Origin: an uncultured bacterium
Lineage (GTDB): Bacteria > Planctomycetota > PUPC01 > DSUN01
Length of the DNA stretch: 33,239 nt
Direction of reading: 5' to 3'
NCBI GenBank assembly: GCA_965603035.1
Contig: CBFDBL010000003.1
Span: forward strand, 1-33,239
Shown here piece by piece: positions 17,501 to 25,905 of the stretch (the first letter of the stretch is position 1; each line of letters opens with the position of its first letter). Both the position numbers and the translations under genes were made by a program. The notes below the pieces were generated by a model. The model made no database searches and was not told where the DNA came from. It saw only the letters and a list, made by a program, of their open reading frames with translations.

Positions 17501-20500
17501 CGACCGGAGGGCCGGCGCAGTTGGCCGTGGCGGAGCTTCGCGCGCAGTGGGACGCGGAGGGCCCCGAGGCCGCGATCGCGGCGGCCCGCGCGTTCCTGGG
17601 CATCCACCCTGGGCACCCCCTGGCGACTCTGATGCTGGGCCGGCTGCTCGCGGCGGCCGGCCGCTGCGACGAGGCCGCGGCGCACCTCCTCGCGGCCGCA
17701 CGGGACGAGGAGACCCGGCCCCGCGCCCTGATCTCGCTGGCGTCGTGCGCCACGGAGCCCATGCTCCCCGAGACGCTCGCGCTCTTCACGTCCCTGCCCG
17801 ACAGGGTCGAGGAGCAGGACGACGTCCGATACGCCTACGGCCTCGCCCTCTGGCGCTACGGCGACCAGGCCGAGGCGGTCCGCGTCTGGTCGGCCATCCC
17901 CGCCGAGGCGCGGCGAGCCGCCCACGCGGCCCTCGACCAGGCCATCCTCGCCTACGCCAACGGGCTGCTCGGCGAGGGGCGGCTGGGCGAGAGCCTGGCC
18001 GCCCTGGCGGGCCTGGGCAGCCCCACCCACTCGCTGGCACTCGCCACGCGGCGGGCCATCGTCTTCGCCGCGCTTGAGGCGCAGGAGATGGGGCTCGCGC
18101 GGCAGGCCGCCGAGGGCCTGCGCCAGAGCGAGCTGCCCGTGGACCGCGCGCTCTGCGCCTTCAGCCTGCCGCGCGGCGAGGACCGCGCAGCCGGGCTGAC
18201 CGCGGTGGCCCGCGGCTCCGAGGACGCGGCGATCGCGGCGTGGGCTCGCCTGGCGGCCGCCGCCGAGTGGGCCTTGCAGGGCGACTACGGGCAGGCCTCG
18301 AGCTGCCTGCCCGAGGGCCCCATCGGCCAGGAGGGCGACGTGCTGCGCGCGCTGCTGCGCGTCGCCGCGGGCCGCCCGCCAGGCGAGGCCACGGGCGACG
18401 TGGCACACTGGACGCGGCTCCGCGAGGTGGCGGGCGGGGTGCCTGGCCTGGCCGACGCCCTGGCGCCAGGGCCGGCGCCGGCCGGGGCGCTCGAGCGGGG
18501 GGTCTACTGGCTCCGGCGCGCCGACCACGAGAGGGCATACAAGCTGCTCGCCGAGGCGCAGCAGGCGGCGCCCTGGGACTGGCGGCTGGCGCGCAACCTC
18601 GCCGCCGTGGCCTACGTGCGCGCGCTGCGTGCCGTGCCCGACGTGGACGCGGAGGCCTGGCGCGACTGCTTCGCCCAGGCGGCCGCCATGCTCGAGAACC
18701 CACGCTGGCTGCACGCGTGGATCCTCCAGCGGCTGAGCGCCTACGGGATCCGCGGCAACGAGCGCAAGCTCGGCGACGCCGTGCGGGAGGAGCTGCGGCG
18801 CCTGCTCAACGGCCAGTTGGCCGAGCTGCTCGCCGCGGCCCTGCACCGCGGCGACGAGGCCGCGGCGGCCGAGGTACGGGGCCTCCAGGCGGCCCTCGCG
18901 CGGGAGTGCAAGGCCGCGTCGGCCATGCTGCGCGCCGGCGGGTTCCGGAGCCCCGATGGCAGGCGGCTGGCGCTGGGCCCGCTCCTGGCGCAGCGGGCCG
19001 GCCAGCTCGACGCGCTGCGCGCCTGGTTCGCCGAGCAGGCCCCCGAGGACGAGGAGCTCATGTCCGACCGGCTCCGGGAGCTGCTCGAGCGGGTCGGCGT
19101 GCGCGACGCAGGGGCTGAGGTCGCGATGGCGGCAGGGGCGAACCGTCCCGAGGCCGAGCTGCGGCGCTGGTTCTCCGAGCTGGGCGAGGCCGCGTCGTAC
19201 GCGGCGGCCGGCGACGCGCGCCAGGCGCGCGCGCTGGCCCTCGACGCCTTCGTCCGCTGGTCGCCGCCCGACGGCCCCGGTCCCGCGGAGTTCCGCCGGG
19301 CCAACCCTGCCTACGCCGCGATGGCCGACGGCGTGAGCCGTCTGCGGCGCGACGCGGCGTCCATGGTCTGCGAGATGAACGTCGAGGTCTTCTCGCGCCT
19401 GCTCGCCGGCAACGACTTCGACCCGCAGGCCGTGGGCAAGGAGATCGAGCGGGTGCTCCAGGAGGGCCAGGCCCTCGGCTACGAGGGGCCCGTGCAGCGG
19501 CGGCTGGGCCGGCTGATCCGCGGGAAGCGGACGAGCCTGGTCCGGGAGGGCACGACGCCGGCGCTGCGACAGGCCTGCCTGCTGCTGCGCCACGGCGCCG
19601 GGGCTGGGGTGCAGGGCTTGGAGGCCGATCGGGAGAGGGCCCTGACGGAGTACGCCGCGCGCCTGTACCAGCAGCGGCGGTGGCGGCAGGCCGCCGAGGC
19701 CTGCGAGGAGGCCTGGCGTCAGGCGCGGCACACGATGCACGCCGTGCCCATGTGCCACGTGGCCAGCCTGCTCCAGCGCTACAGCCGCCTGGAGAAGAGC
19801 GGACGGCACGACGAGGCTCGCCAGGCGATCGTCCGCGCCCGCGAGGTCGCCCGCGAGGCGGCCGAGGCGTTTCCCCGCGCCGACGAGATCCGCCAGTTGG
19901 CGAGCGCCGTCCGCAGGATCGAGAACGGCCGTCCCGTCGATAGCGTGCTGCGGAAGCCGACGCGCAAGTCCGAGAAGGCCCCCTCCCTGCGCTCGATGCC
20001 CGGGCAGGCGCTGACCGCGCTCCGGGAGTGCCACGCGGCGCGCAAGGAGGGCCGGCTCGAGGAGGCCCTGACGGCGGCCGAGCGCGCCTGGCAGGCAGCA
20101 CCCAACCACCCCGACGCGGCCGTCCTGGTGGCCCAGACGGCGCTCGAGCTGGCGCGCCAGAACGCGCCCGAGCGGGGCCGGGAGCTCTTCGAGAGGGCCG
20201 AGTCGTGCCTGAGCCCCCTGCTCAAGCGGTTCCCGGCCCATCGTCGGCTCCAGATGGTCTCGAGCATTCTCGAGCGGGACCGCGCGCTCTACCACGGGGA
20301 CGATCCCCTTGCTTTCCTGCACCGTAAGGGTATACTGCTGTTCCTTGGCCGGCGGTTCGGCGAGGCGGTGGAGGCCCTCAAGGTCGTCTTCGCGCTGTCG
20401 CCCAGGCAGCGCCCGGAGGTCATCTCGCTCCTGGCTGCGGCGCTCGTCGAGCAGGTGGCGGCGGAAGGCGGGCGCCGCTCGCGAGCGGGGCGCGAGAGCC

Positions 20501-20604
20501 TCGAGATGGCTGGCAAGCTGCTGACCATCGGTGCCGAGCTGGCCCCAGGCCACTACACCATGGCCCAGACGCGGGAGAGGCTCAGCGAGTTGCGCGGCGG
20601 GTAG
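17497..20604 (+). CDS. Large TPR-like all-helical protein (1035 aa)
   Basis: Repeated TPR-like helices (HPGHPLATLMLGRLLAAAGRCDEAAAHL; AERAWQAAPNHPDAAVLVA; LFLGRRFGEAVEALK); ATGA overlap with the TIR gene stop. Confidence 0.85.
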   Translation: MTTGGPAQLAVAELRAQWDAEGPEAAIAAARAFLGIHPGHPLATLMLGRLLAAAGRCDEAAAHLLAAARDEETRPRALISLASCATEPMLPETLALFTSLPDRVEEQDDVRYAYGLALWRYGDQAEAVRVWSAIPAEARRAAHAALDQAILAYANGLLGEGRLGESLAALAGLGSPTHSLALATRRAIVFAALEAQEMGLARQAAEGLRQSELPVDRALCAFSLPRGEDRAAGLTAVARGSEDAAIAAWARLAAAAEWALQGDYGQASSCLPEGPIGQEGDVLRALLRVAAGRPPGEATGDVAHWTRLREVAGGVPGLADALAPGPAPAGALERGVYWLRRADHERAYKLLAEAQQAAPWDWRLARNLAAVAYVRALRAVPDVDAEAWRDCFAQAAAMLENPRWLHAWILQRLSAYGIRGNERKLGDAVREELRRLLNGQLAELLAAALHRGDEAAAAEVRGLQAALARECKAASAMLRAGGFRSPDGRRLALGPLLAQRAGQLDALRAWFAEQAPEDEELMSDRLRELLERVGVRDAGAEVAMAAGANRPEAELRRWFSELGEAASYAAAGDARQARALALDAFVRWSPPDGPGPAEFRRANPAYAAMADGVSRLRRDAASMVCEMNVEVFSRLLAGNDFDPQAVGKEIERVLQEGQALGYEGPVQRRLGRLIRGKRTSLVREGTTPALRQACLLLRHGAGAGVQGLEADRERALTEYAARLYQQRRWRQAAEACEEAWRQARHTMHAVPMCHVASLLQRYSRLEKSGRHDEARQAIVRAREVAREAAEAFPRADEIRQLASAVRRIENGRPVDSVLRKPTRKSEKAPSLRSMPGQALTALRECHAARKEGRLEEALTAAERAWQAAPNHPDAAVLVAQTALELARQNAPERGRELFERAESCLSPLLKRFPAHRRLQMVSSILERDRALYHGDDPLAFLHRKGILLFLGRRFGEAVEALKVVFALSPRQRPEVISLLAAALVEQVAAEGGRRSRAGRESLEMAGKLLTIGAELAPGHYTMAQTRERLSELRGG

Positions 20605-20672
20605 ACGCGAGTCGCGCTCGGCAGGGCAAGCTCGGCCGGCCGGCACAGGTCGGCCGGCGTGGAGGATAGACG

Positions 20673-23600
20673 ATGGCTCCGTCTGCGGTCACCCTCGAGT
20701 TCTTCTATCTTGCGCCGCCCCTCGACATTCTTGGCTTCACGCGGCCCGGCCAGTCGCCCACCCCGATCGACAAGGACAGCCTGGCACGCTGGCGAGCCGC
20801 ATCGGCGGCACTCTCCGCGAAGGCGTCGGCCGAGGGCATCTCCCCGGCCATCGAGGCGGAGCTGGCCGACCTGGGCTCCGCGATCTGCGAGACGGCCTAC
20901 GGCCTCGTGCGGGACGACCTCGAGCGGGACGCCCTGCTCTACCTTTGCCCGCAGGGCGACCCGAAGGCCGGGTGGTGCATGTGCGAGGACATCGTGTGGG
21001 AGGCGGCGCGCAAGGGCGATCGGTTCCTGGTGGACAGGGATATCGTGGTCGTGCGGGGGTACGGCGACGCCACGCTCGAGCCGATCGACACGGCGGGCAA
21101 GCCCATCAAGGTGCTCTTCATCGGCGCCAGCCCGGTGGGCGCAGGGATGACCCGGCTGGACCTCGAGGGGGCGCTGGGCACGGTCCGGCAGGCATGGGCG
21201 ACCTGGCTCCTGGCGCCCGAGGAGCGGGTCGTCAACGGCGCGGGGACGTGTGAGCAGCTCGAGCGGCTGGCGGCGGAGGATCCCGAGTGGGACATCGTGC
21301 ACGTCGTCGCGCACGGCAGCCGCAGCAGCGGCAGCGTGCAGCTCGAGGGGCGCGCGTCGGACTCCGGCGGCCACGGCAGCCCGGACTGGGTCGAGTTCGG
21401 CGAGTTCGCCCACCTGTTGGGCAGGCTCCAGCCGCCTCGCCTCATCACGCTGACAGTCTGCGACTCCTCGCGTCTCGCCCTCGAGCTGATGGAGCAGTTC
21501 GGCGGCGGGACACGGGTGATGGCGCTCCTCGCCCGGGGGAGCGAGGACAGCGTGCTGCCGTTCTTCGCCCGGTTCTACGAGCGGCTCTTCCGCCCTGCGG
21601 CCGACGCCCTTCCCGACGGGCCGGTCTACGTCGAGCAGGCCTATCTGGAGGCGGCCCGCCACTTGCGGCGCCAGCGGATGGCGCAGTGGTTCCTGCCCGT
21701 GCTCTACGCGCCGGCCACCCGCACCGCGCTCTTCGTCGTCCCCCAGGCCGAGTGCCAGCTCCGCGGCATCCTCGACCGAGTGGAGGACAACTGGGGGGAC
21801 GACGAGGCCGTGGGGGCAGCGCTCGACGACCTCAAGGGCCTGTTCAACCACGAGAGCCCTGCCGTCCAGGAATGCGCGAGGAAGCTCTCGCAGGCCATCT
21901 CGAGACTCCGAGACGCCGAGCGGAACTACGAGCAGCTCCTCCACGACATCCGCGTCCGGCGGCCCTGGAGCGCGGTGTACGACGACTGGCACGCCCTGCC
22001 GGTGACCATCCGCCGCGACTTCAGCCCTGCGGTCGTGGACCTCGATACCGCCGTCATCAGCGGCTTCGACACGCTCCGGCGGACCCTCCACCGCCTCGAG
22101 GAGCTTTCCGAGGCGGCGGTCGCCGCCGTCCGGGACCTCGCGCGGTTCGAGGGTGGCGAGCTGGCCGCGCTCGGCGAGGGCTGCGAGCGGCTCCAGAGCG
22201 TCTTCGCCAACGCAGGCGGAGAGGCCGCGTCGCTCGCCTCCGGCGTCTTCGAGCAGGGAGTCACGGCCGCGCTCGAGCGGTGCAGCACGATGGAGCCGAG
22301 CTCGGCGACAGCCCCGGTGGCCCGGCTGGCCGCCCTCGCCGGCATCACGAGCCTGCTCGACGCGTCCGGCCCTCGCTTCCTCCCAGAGCCCGGCGTCCGC
22401 GCGCTCATGGCCCAGGCCCTCAGCCGTGCTGACGAGCTCGTGCGCCAGCGCGCCGAGCCCCTCCTGGCTGCCGCAGAGCGCGAGCTGGGCGCCATGGACG
22501 GGGAGCCGACCCCGCTGGCGAAGGTCGCGCGCGCACGCGCGGCAGCGGCGAAGCTCGTCGAGCTCCAGGAGCTGCTCCCCCGCGTCCACGAGCAGGCGCA
22601 CGGGGGCGGGCAGGCGCTCGAGCAGGCCGTGGGCGAGGCGCTCGGGGGGGTGGGCGAGCAGTTGCGGGCGCGCGCGCGCTCGGCCCGCGAGCAGCTCGCG
22701 CGCGTGCCAGTGCCCCATGGCGGCCCACCGCCGGCGCTCCTCGAGCCGGGGAAGAGGCTCGAGCTGTGGCTCTGGCTCCGCGACCAGCAGGACAGCCCGG
22801 GGCAGGGCTCACCGGCGCTCGAGGACATTCCCGAGGAGCCTGGCGCGCTGAGCGACTACGCCGCGGGACTCGCCGAGAGGCTCCAGCCAGCCTCGTCGGG
22901 CGGCCCCCGCACGTGCGTGTCCGAGATGCTGCCGCTGCTGGCGAACGAGGAGGCGCCCCTGGTGCTCGCCGCCGACGTGGACGACGCGGCCCACCCCTAC
23001 CTGTGCCTCCACAGGTTCGGCGTTCGACCCGGCACGTCCTCGCCTGCCATCAGGGACCAGGCGGACTTCGAGGTGCCCAAGGAGACCGACCCCAGGAAGA
23101 AGAGGCTGCTCGATCAGGCCCTGAACGCGTTGGGGAACGACCGCGGGCGGCTGGCGGCGGACATCCATCTCGTGCCGTGCGCCGACGCCGAGGCCCTCAC
23201 GGGGTGTCTGCGGCAGGCCGTCGCCGACGTCCTGGCCGGCCGCGGCGAGCCCGACCTGTCGCCGCTCGACTCGATGGACCGAGCGACCCTGCTGGCCGCC
23301 ACCGGAGCGACCGAGCGCGCCGCCGCCGAGGCGTGGGACGCCGTGCGGCAGGAGCCCACCCACGGCACGCGGATCCACCACGCCTTCCTGGTGGCGGCTC
23401 ACCACGCCGCCACGCTGCGGTGCGACCGCGAGCGGTTCCCCGACGCCGTGCGCCGCGTGTTCGCCCTGCACGGGATGCTGACCGTGGTGGCGGACTCGGC
23501 GGGGTCGAGCTACCTGGCGGGATGGGTGTTCGGGCGGCTGACGATCTACAAGCGCGCGATGCCGCCCGACCACGGCGAGTACCTCGACGCCGTGCACAGC

Positions 23601-24887
23601 GAGCTCCGCAAGATCGTCGAGCGCCTGCTGACGGCCTTCACGAAGTGCGACGAGACCTGCGCGCGCGAGGCCGGGGGCCTGCGCGCCGAATGGCAGGCCG
23701 AGACGGAAGGGGCCCACCTGGCCACCGAGCGCAAGATTCGGGTGCGGAGACACCCGTTCGCAGGCGGGTACCTGGCCGCGCGGTTCCTCTCGCAGCTCGA
23801 CGAGGTCGGCGCGTTCATCCACGGCGCCTTCCAGCGGCTCTGCACCGCCGACGGAGACGAGAACCTGAGGTACGTGACCCTGACGGGCATGACGCCCGAG
23901 GCTTGCCAGCGCCTCGTTCTCCTGTTCTCCGACCTCCGGACTGCGGAAGTCAGGCCCGACGCGGGGGCCATCGCGTCCCTGGCGGCCCTGACGCCGGACG
24001 TCCAGGATCTGCGGTATGCCGATACCCCGGCGGGCGTGACCGAGGCGGTGCGGGCCCCGGACTTCGGCGCGCGCTTCCCCGTGCACGCTCTGCTGGAGGG
24101 CGCCGAGGCGCAGGCGGCGCTCCTCGCCGCCCACGCCGCCCTCCTGATGGTGAAGGCACGGCTCGCCGAGACGCGCCGACTGCTCGGCAGGGAGGGCGTG
24201 AACGTGGCGGACGTGGTCGCCCACCTCGACAACGCGATCGAGCTCTCCCAGTACGTCGGCCTGCTGGGCTACGAGCTCATCGACCCGATCCGACACACCC
24301 GCTCCGCCCTGGAGAAGATGCTGATGGGCTGGCTCTACAGCCTCCAGCAGCGGCTCGACGAGCTCAACGAGAGCCTGCGCACCGGCCAGATGCCCCGCGG
24401 CGAGGAGGCCGACAGGGCCGTCGAGCGCCTCACGGCCGAGCTGAGCATGGCCGACCGCTTCGCCCTCAGCGGGCGGTATGGCATCGGCAGGGGCGACTAC
24501 GGCCGGGCGCTGACCCAGGTGCACGCCAACTTCGGCGTGTTCCTGGCGAACCGGCTCGATCGACACAAGGATGCCCTCGCCCACGTGCGCAAGGCCCACC
24601 GCCGCGACCCCGACAGCCTACAGGTCATGACCAACTTCGTGCGGGCCTGTGGCCTTCACGCCCTCGACCTCAAGAAGGCTGGCCAGCGCGAGGAGGCCGC
24701 CCGGATCCTCCGGGAGGCCATCCGGGAGGGCCGTCAGTTCCTCGACGCGCATCCAGCCGCGGCCGGCGAGGACGTGGAGAAGCTCAGGAAGGAGTTGCGG
24801 CAGCTCGAGTCGCTGCCGGGCGACCGACCGCCGGCGCCGCCGCCAGCGCTGGGCTGGCTACAGGTCGACGCGCCGGACGAGGAGTAG
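20673..24887 (+). CDS. CHAT (caspase-like) protease with coiled/helical region, J-like segment and C-terminal TPR
   Basis: IVWEAA, KVLFIGASP, DIVHVVAHG (His214) and LITLTVCDS (Cys263), FFARFYERL and WFLPVLY are CHAT motifs; GGAGG RBS; 1404 aa. Confidence 0.85.
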   Translation: MAPSAVTLEFFYLAPPLDILGFTRPGQSPTPIDKDSLARWRAASAALSAKASAEGISPAIEAELADLGSAICETAYGLVRDDLERDALLYLCPQGDPKAGWCMCEDIVWEAARKGDRFLVDRDIVVVRGYGDATLEPIDTAGKPIKVLFIGASPVGAGMTRLDLEGALGTVRQAWATWLLAPEERVVNGAGTCEQLERLAAEDPEWDIVHVVAHGSRSSGSVQLEGRASDSGGHGSPDWVEFGEFAHLLGRLQPPRLITLTVCDSSRLALELMEQFGGGTRVMALLARGSEDSVLPFFARFYERLFRPAADALPDGPVYVEQAYLEAARHLRRQRMAQWFLPVLYAPATRTALFVVPQAECQLRGILDRVEDNWGDDEAVGAALDDLKGLFNHESPAVQECARKLSQAISRLRDAERNYEQLLHDIRVRRPWSAVYDDWHALPVTIRRDFSPAVVDLDTAVISGFDTLRRTLHRLEELSEAAVAAVRDLARFEGGELAALGEGCERLQSVFANAGGEAASLASGVFEQGVTAALERCSTMEPSSATAPVARLAALAGITSLLDASGPRFLPEPGVRALMAQALSRADELVRQRAEPLLAAAERELGAMDGEPTPLAKVARARAAAAKLVELQELLPRVHEQAHGGGQALEQAVGEALGGVGEQLRARARSAREQLARVPVPHGGPPPALLEPGKRLELWLWLRDQQDSPGQGSPALEDIPEEPGALSDYAAGLAERLQPASSGGPRTCVSEMLPLLANEEAPLVLAADVDDAAHPYLCLHRFGVRPGTSSPAIRDQADFEVPKETDPRKKRLLDQALNALGNDRGRLAADIHLVPCADAEALTGCLRQAVADVLAGRGEPDLSPLDSMDRATLLAATGATERAAAEAWDAVRQEPTHGTRIHHAFLVAAHHAATLRCDRERFPDAVRRVFALHGMLTVVADSAGSSYLAGWVFGRLTIYKRAMPPDHGEYLDAVHSELRKIVERLLTAFTKCDETCAREAGGLRAEWQAETEGAHLATERKIRVRRHPFAGGYLAARFLSQLDEVGAFIHGAFQRLCTADGDENLRYVTLTGMTPEACQRLVLLFSDLRTAEVRPDAGAIASLAALTPDVQDLRYADTPAGVTEAVRAPDFGARFPVHALLEGAEAQAALLAAHAALLMVKARLAETRRLLGREGVNVADVVAHLDNAIELSQYVGLLGYELIDPIRHTRSALEKMLMGWLYSLQQRLDELNESLRTGQMPRGEEADRAVERLTAELSMADRFALSGRYGIGRGDYGRALTQVHANFGVFLANRLDRHKDALAHVRKAHRRDPDSLQVMTNFVRACGLHALDLKKAGQREEAARILREAIREGRQFLDAHPAAAGEDVEKLRKELRQLESLPGDRPPAPPPALGWLQVDAPDEE

Positions 24888-24956
24888 GAGGGCCCTGCCC
24901 CCGGCGGCGTGGGCCGCCGCACTGGCCGAGCCGGCGATGCTGACAGGACGGCGACG

Positions 24957-25415
24957 ATGAGCGAGAAGCAGTACCGCGCGTTCGTGGACCCCGAGCTGCC
25001 GTGGGACGGCGGGTTCCCCTACCGGGTCCTCGAGCGCTTCGGCATCGCGCCCGACAGCCCTGCGGACGCCGTGCAGGACGTGTCGTTCGAGATGAGCGCC
25101 GCCGACCTGGCGGACGCGAACGTGAACCTGGCCTGGGAGCAGTTGCGGGTGCCGCGTCGGCGGCTCGTGGTCGATTTCTTCTGCTACGAGCTGCCGCCCG
25201 AGGCGCCGCAGGCGGAGCAGGCGGGCGAGCACTCCGCCGACTACCCGCTGCCCTGGGCCTTCGTGCGCCGTCTCGCCCAGACGGCGCCGCCGCACGGCGA
25301 GCCGCCCAGAGCTCACCGCGTGGCCATGCCGCCCGCGCTGGGCGGCGAGCCACCGCTGTGGGAGGCCGACCCCGCGCTGCACACACAGGAAGGCGAGCCA
25401 CCGGATGAGCGGTGA
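24957..25415 (+). CDS. Small protein with a degenerate J-domain-like module lacking HPD
   Basis: FPYRVLERFGIAPDSPADAVQD...AWEQLRVPRRRLVVDFF resembles J-domain helices I and III/IV; upstream of grpE-like and Hsp70 genes; ATG 24957. Confidence 0.6.
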   Translation: MSEKQYRAFVDPELPWDGGFPYRVLERFGIAPDSPADAVQDVSFEMSAADLADANVNLAWEQLRVPRRRLVVDFFCYELPPEAPQAEQAGEHSADYPLPWAFVRRLAQTAPPHGEPPRAHRVAMPPALGGEPPLWEADPALHTQEGEPPDER

Positions 25416-25905
25416 ACCACAGGACTGGAAGGTCGCGCCGTACCCAACCGCCCGGAGGGGTCCGCAGGCGGAGCTGCTACGCGAGTACAGTTCGCTCGCC
25501 GCGGGGGTAGCCGAGGTGCTCGACGACCTCGACCACCTCCTCGGCGAGGCCGAGGACGACGAGGCCGGCCGCCTGGGGCTGTTGCGGCGCAAGCTCGCGC
25601 AAGTGCTCCTGCTGCACGGCATCCGACCCACCGCGCGCCAGGGCCAGAGCCTCGACCTGCGCTTCCACGAGGTCGTGGGCACAGAGCCCCGCGGGGACCT
25701 GCCGCCCGACACCGTCACCACGATCGTCAAGCACGGCTACGAGGTCCTGGCGCCTGGCTTCGAGCCGATGTTGCTGCGCTGCGCCAAAGTGATCGTCTCC
25801 GCGGCGCCCGGCGCCCAGAGCGAGGGGACCGATGCCTCGGCCGCCCGAGGCACCCCTGCCGGACCGCCGACCGCGCCCGAGGAGCAGGAGGAGCAGAACC
25901 CGTGA
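25405..25905 (+). CDS. grpE: GrpE-like nucleotide exchange factor (short N-terminus)
   Basis: VLDDLD...HGIRPTARQGQSLDLRFHEVV...TVTTIVKHGY...LLRCAKVIVS match the GrpE four-helix bundle and beta head. Confidence 0.85.
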   Translation: MSGEPQDWKVAPYPTARRGPQAELLREYSSLAAGVAEVLDDLDHLLGEAEDDEAGRLGLLRRKLAQVLLLHGIRPTARQGQSLDLRFHEVVGTEPRGDLPPDTVTTIVKHGYEVLAPGFEPMLLRCAKVIVSAAPGAQSEGTDASAARGTPAGPPTAPEEQEEQNP

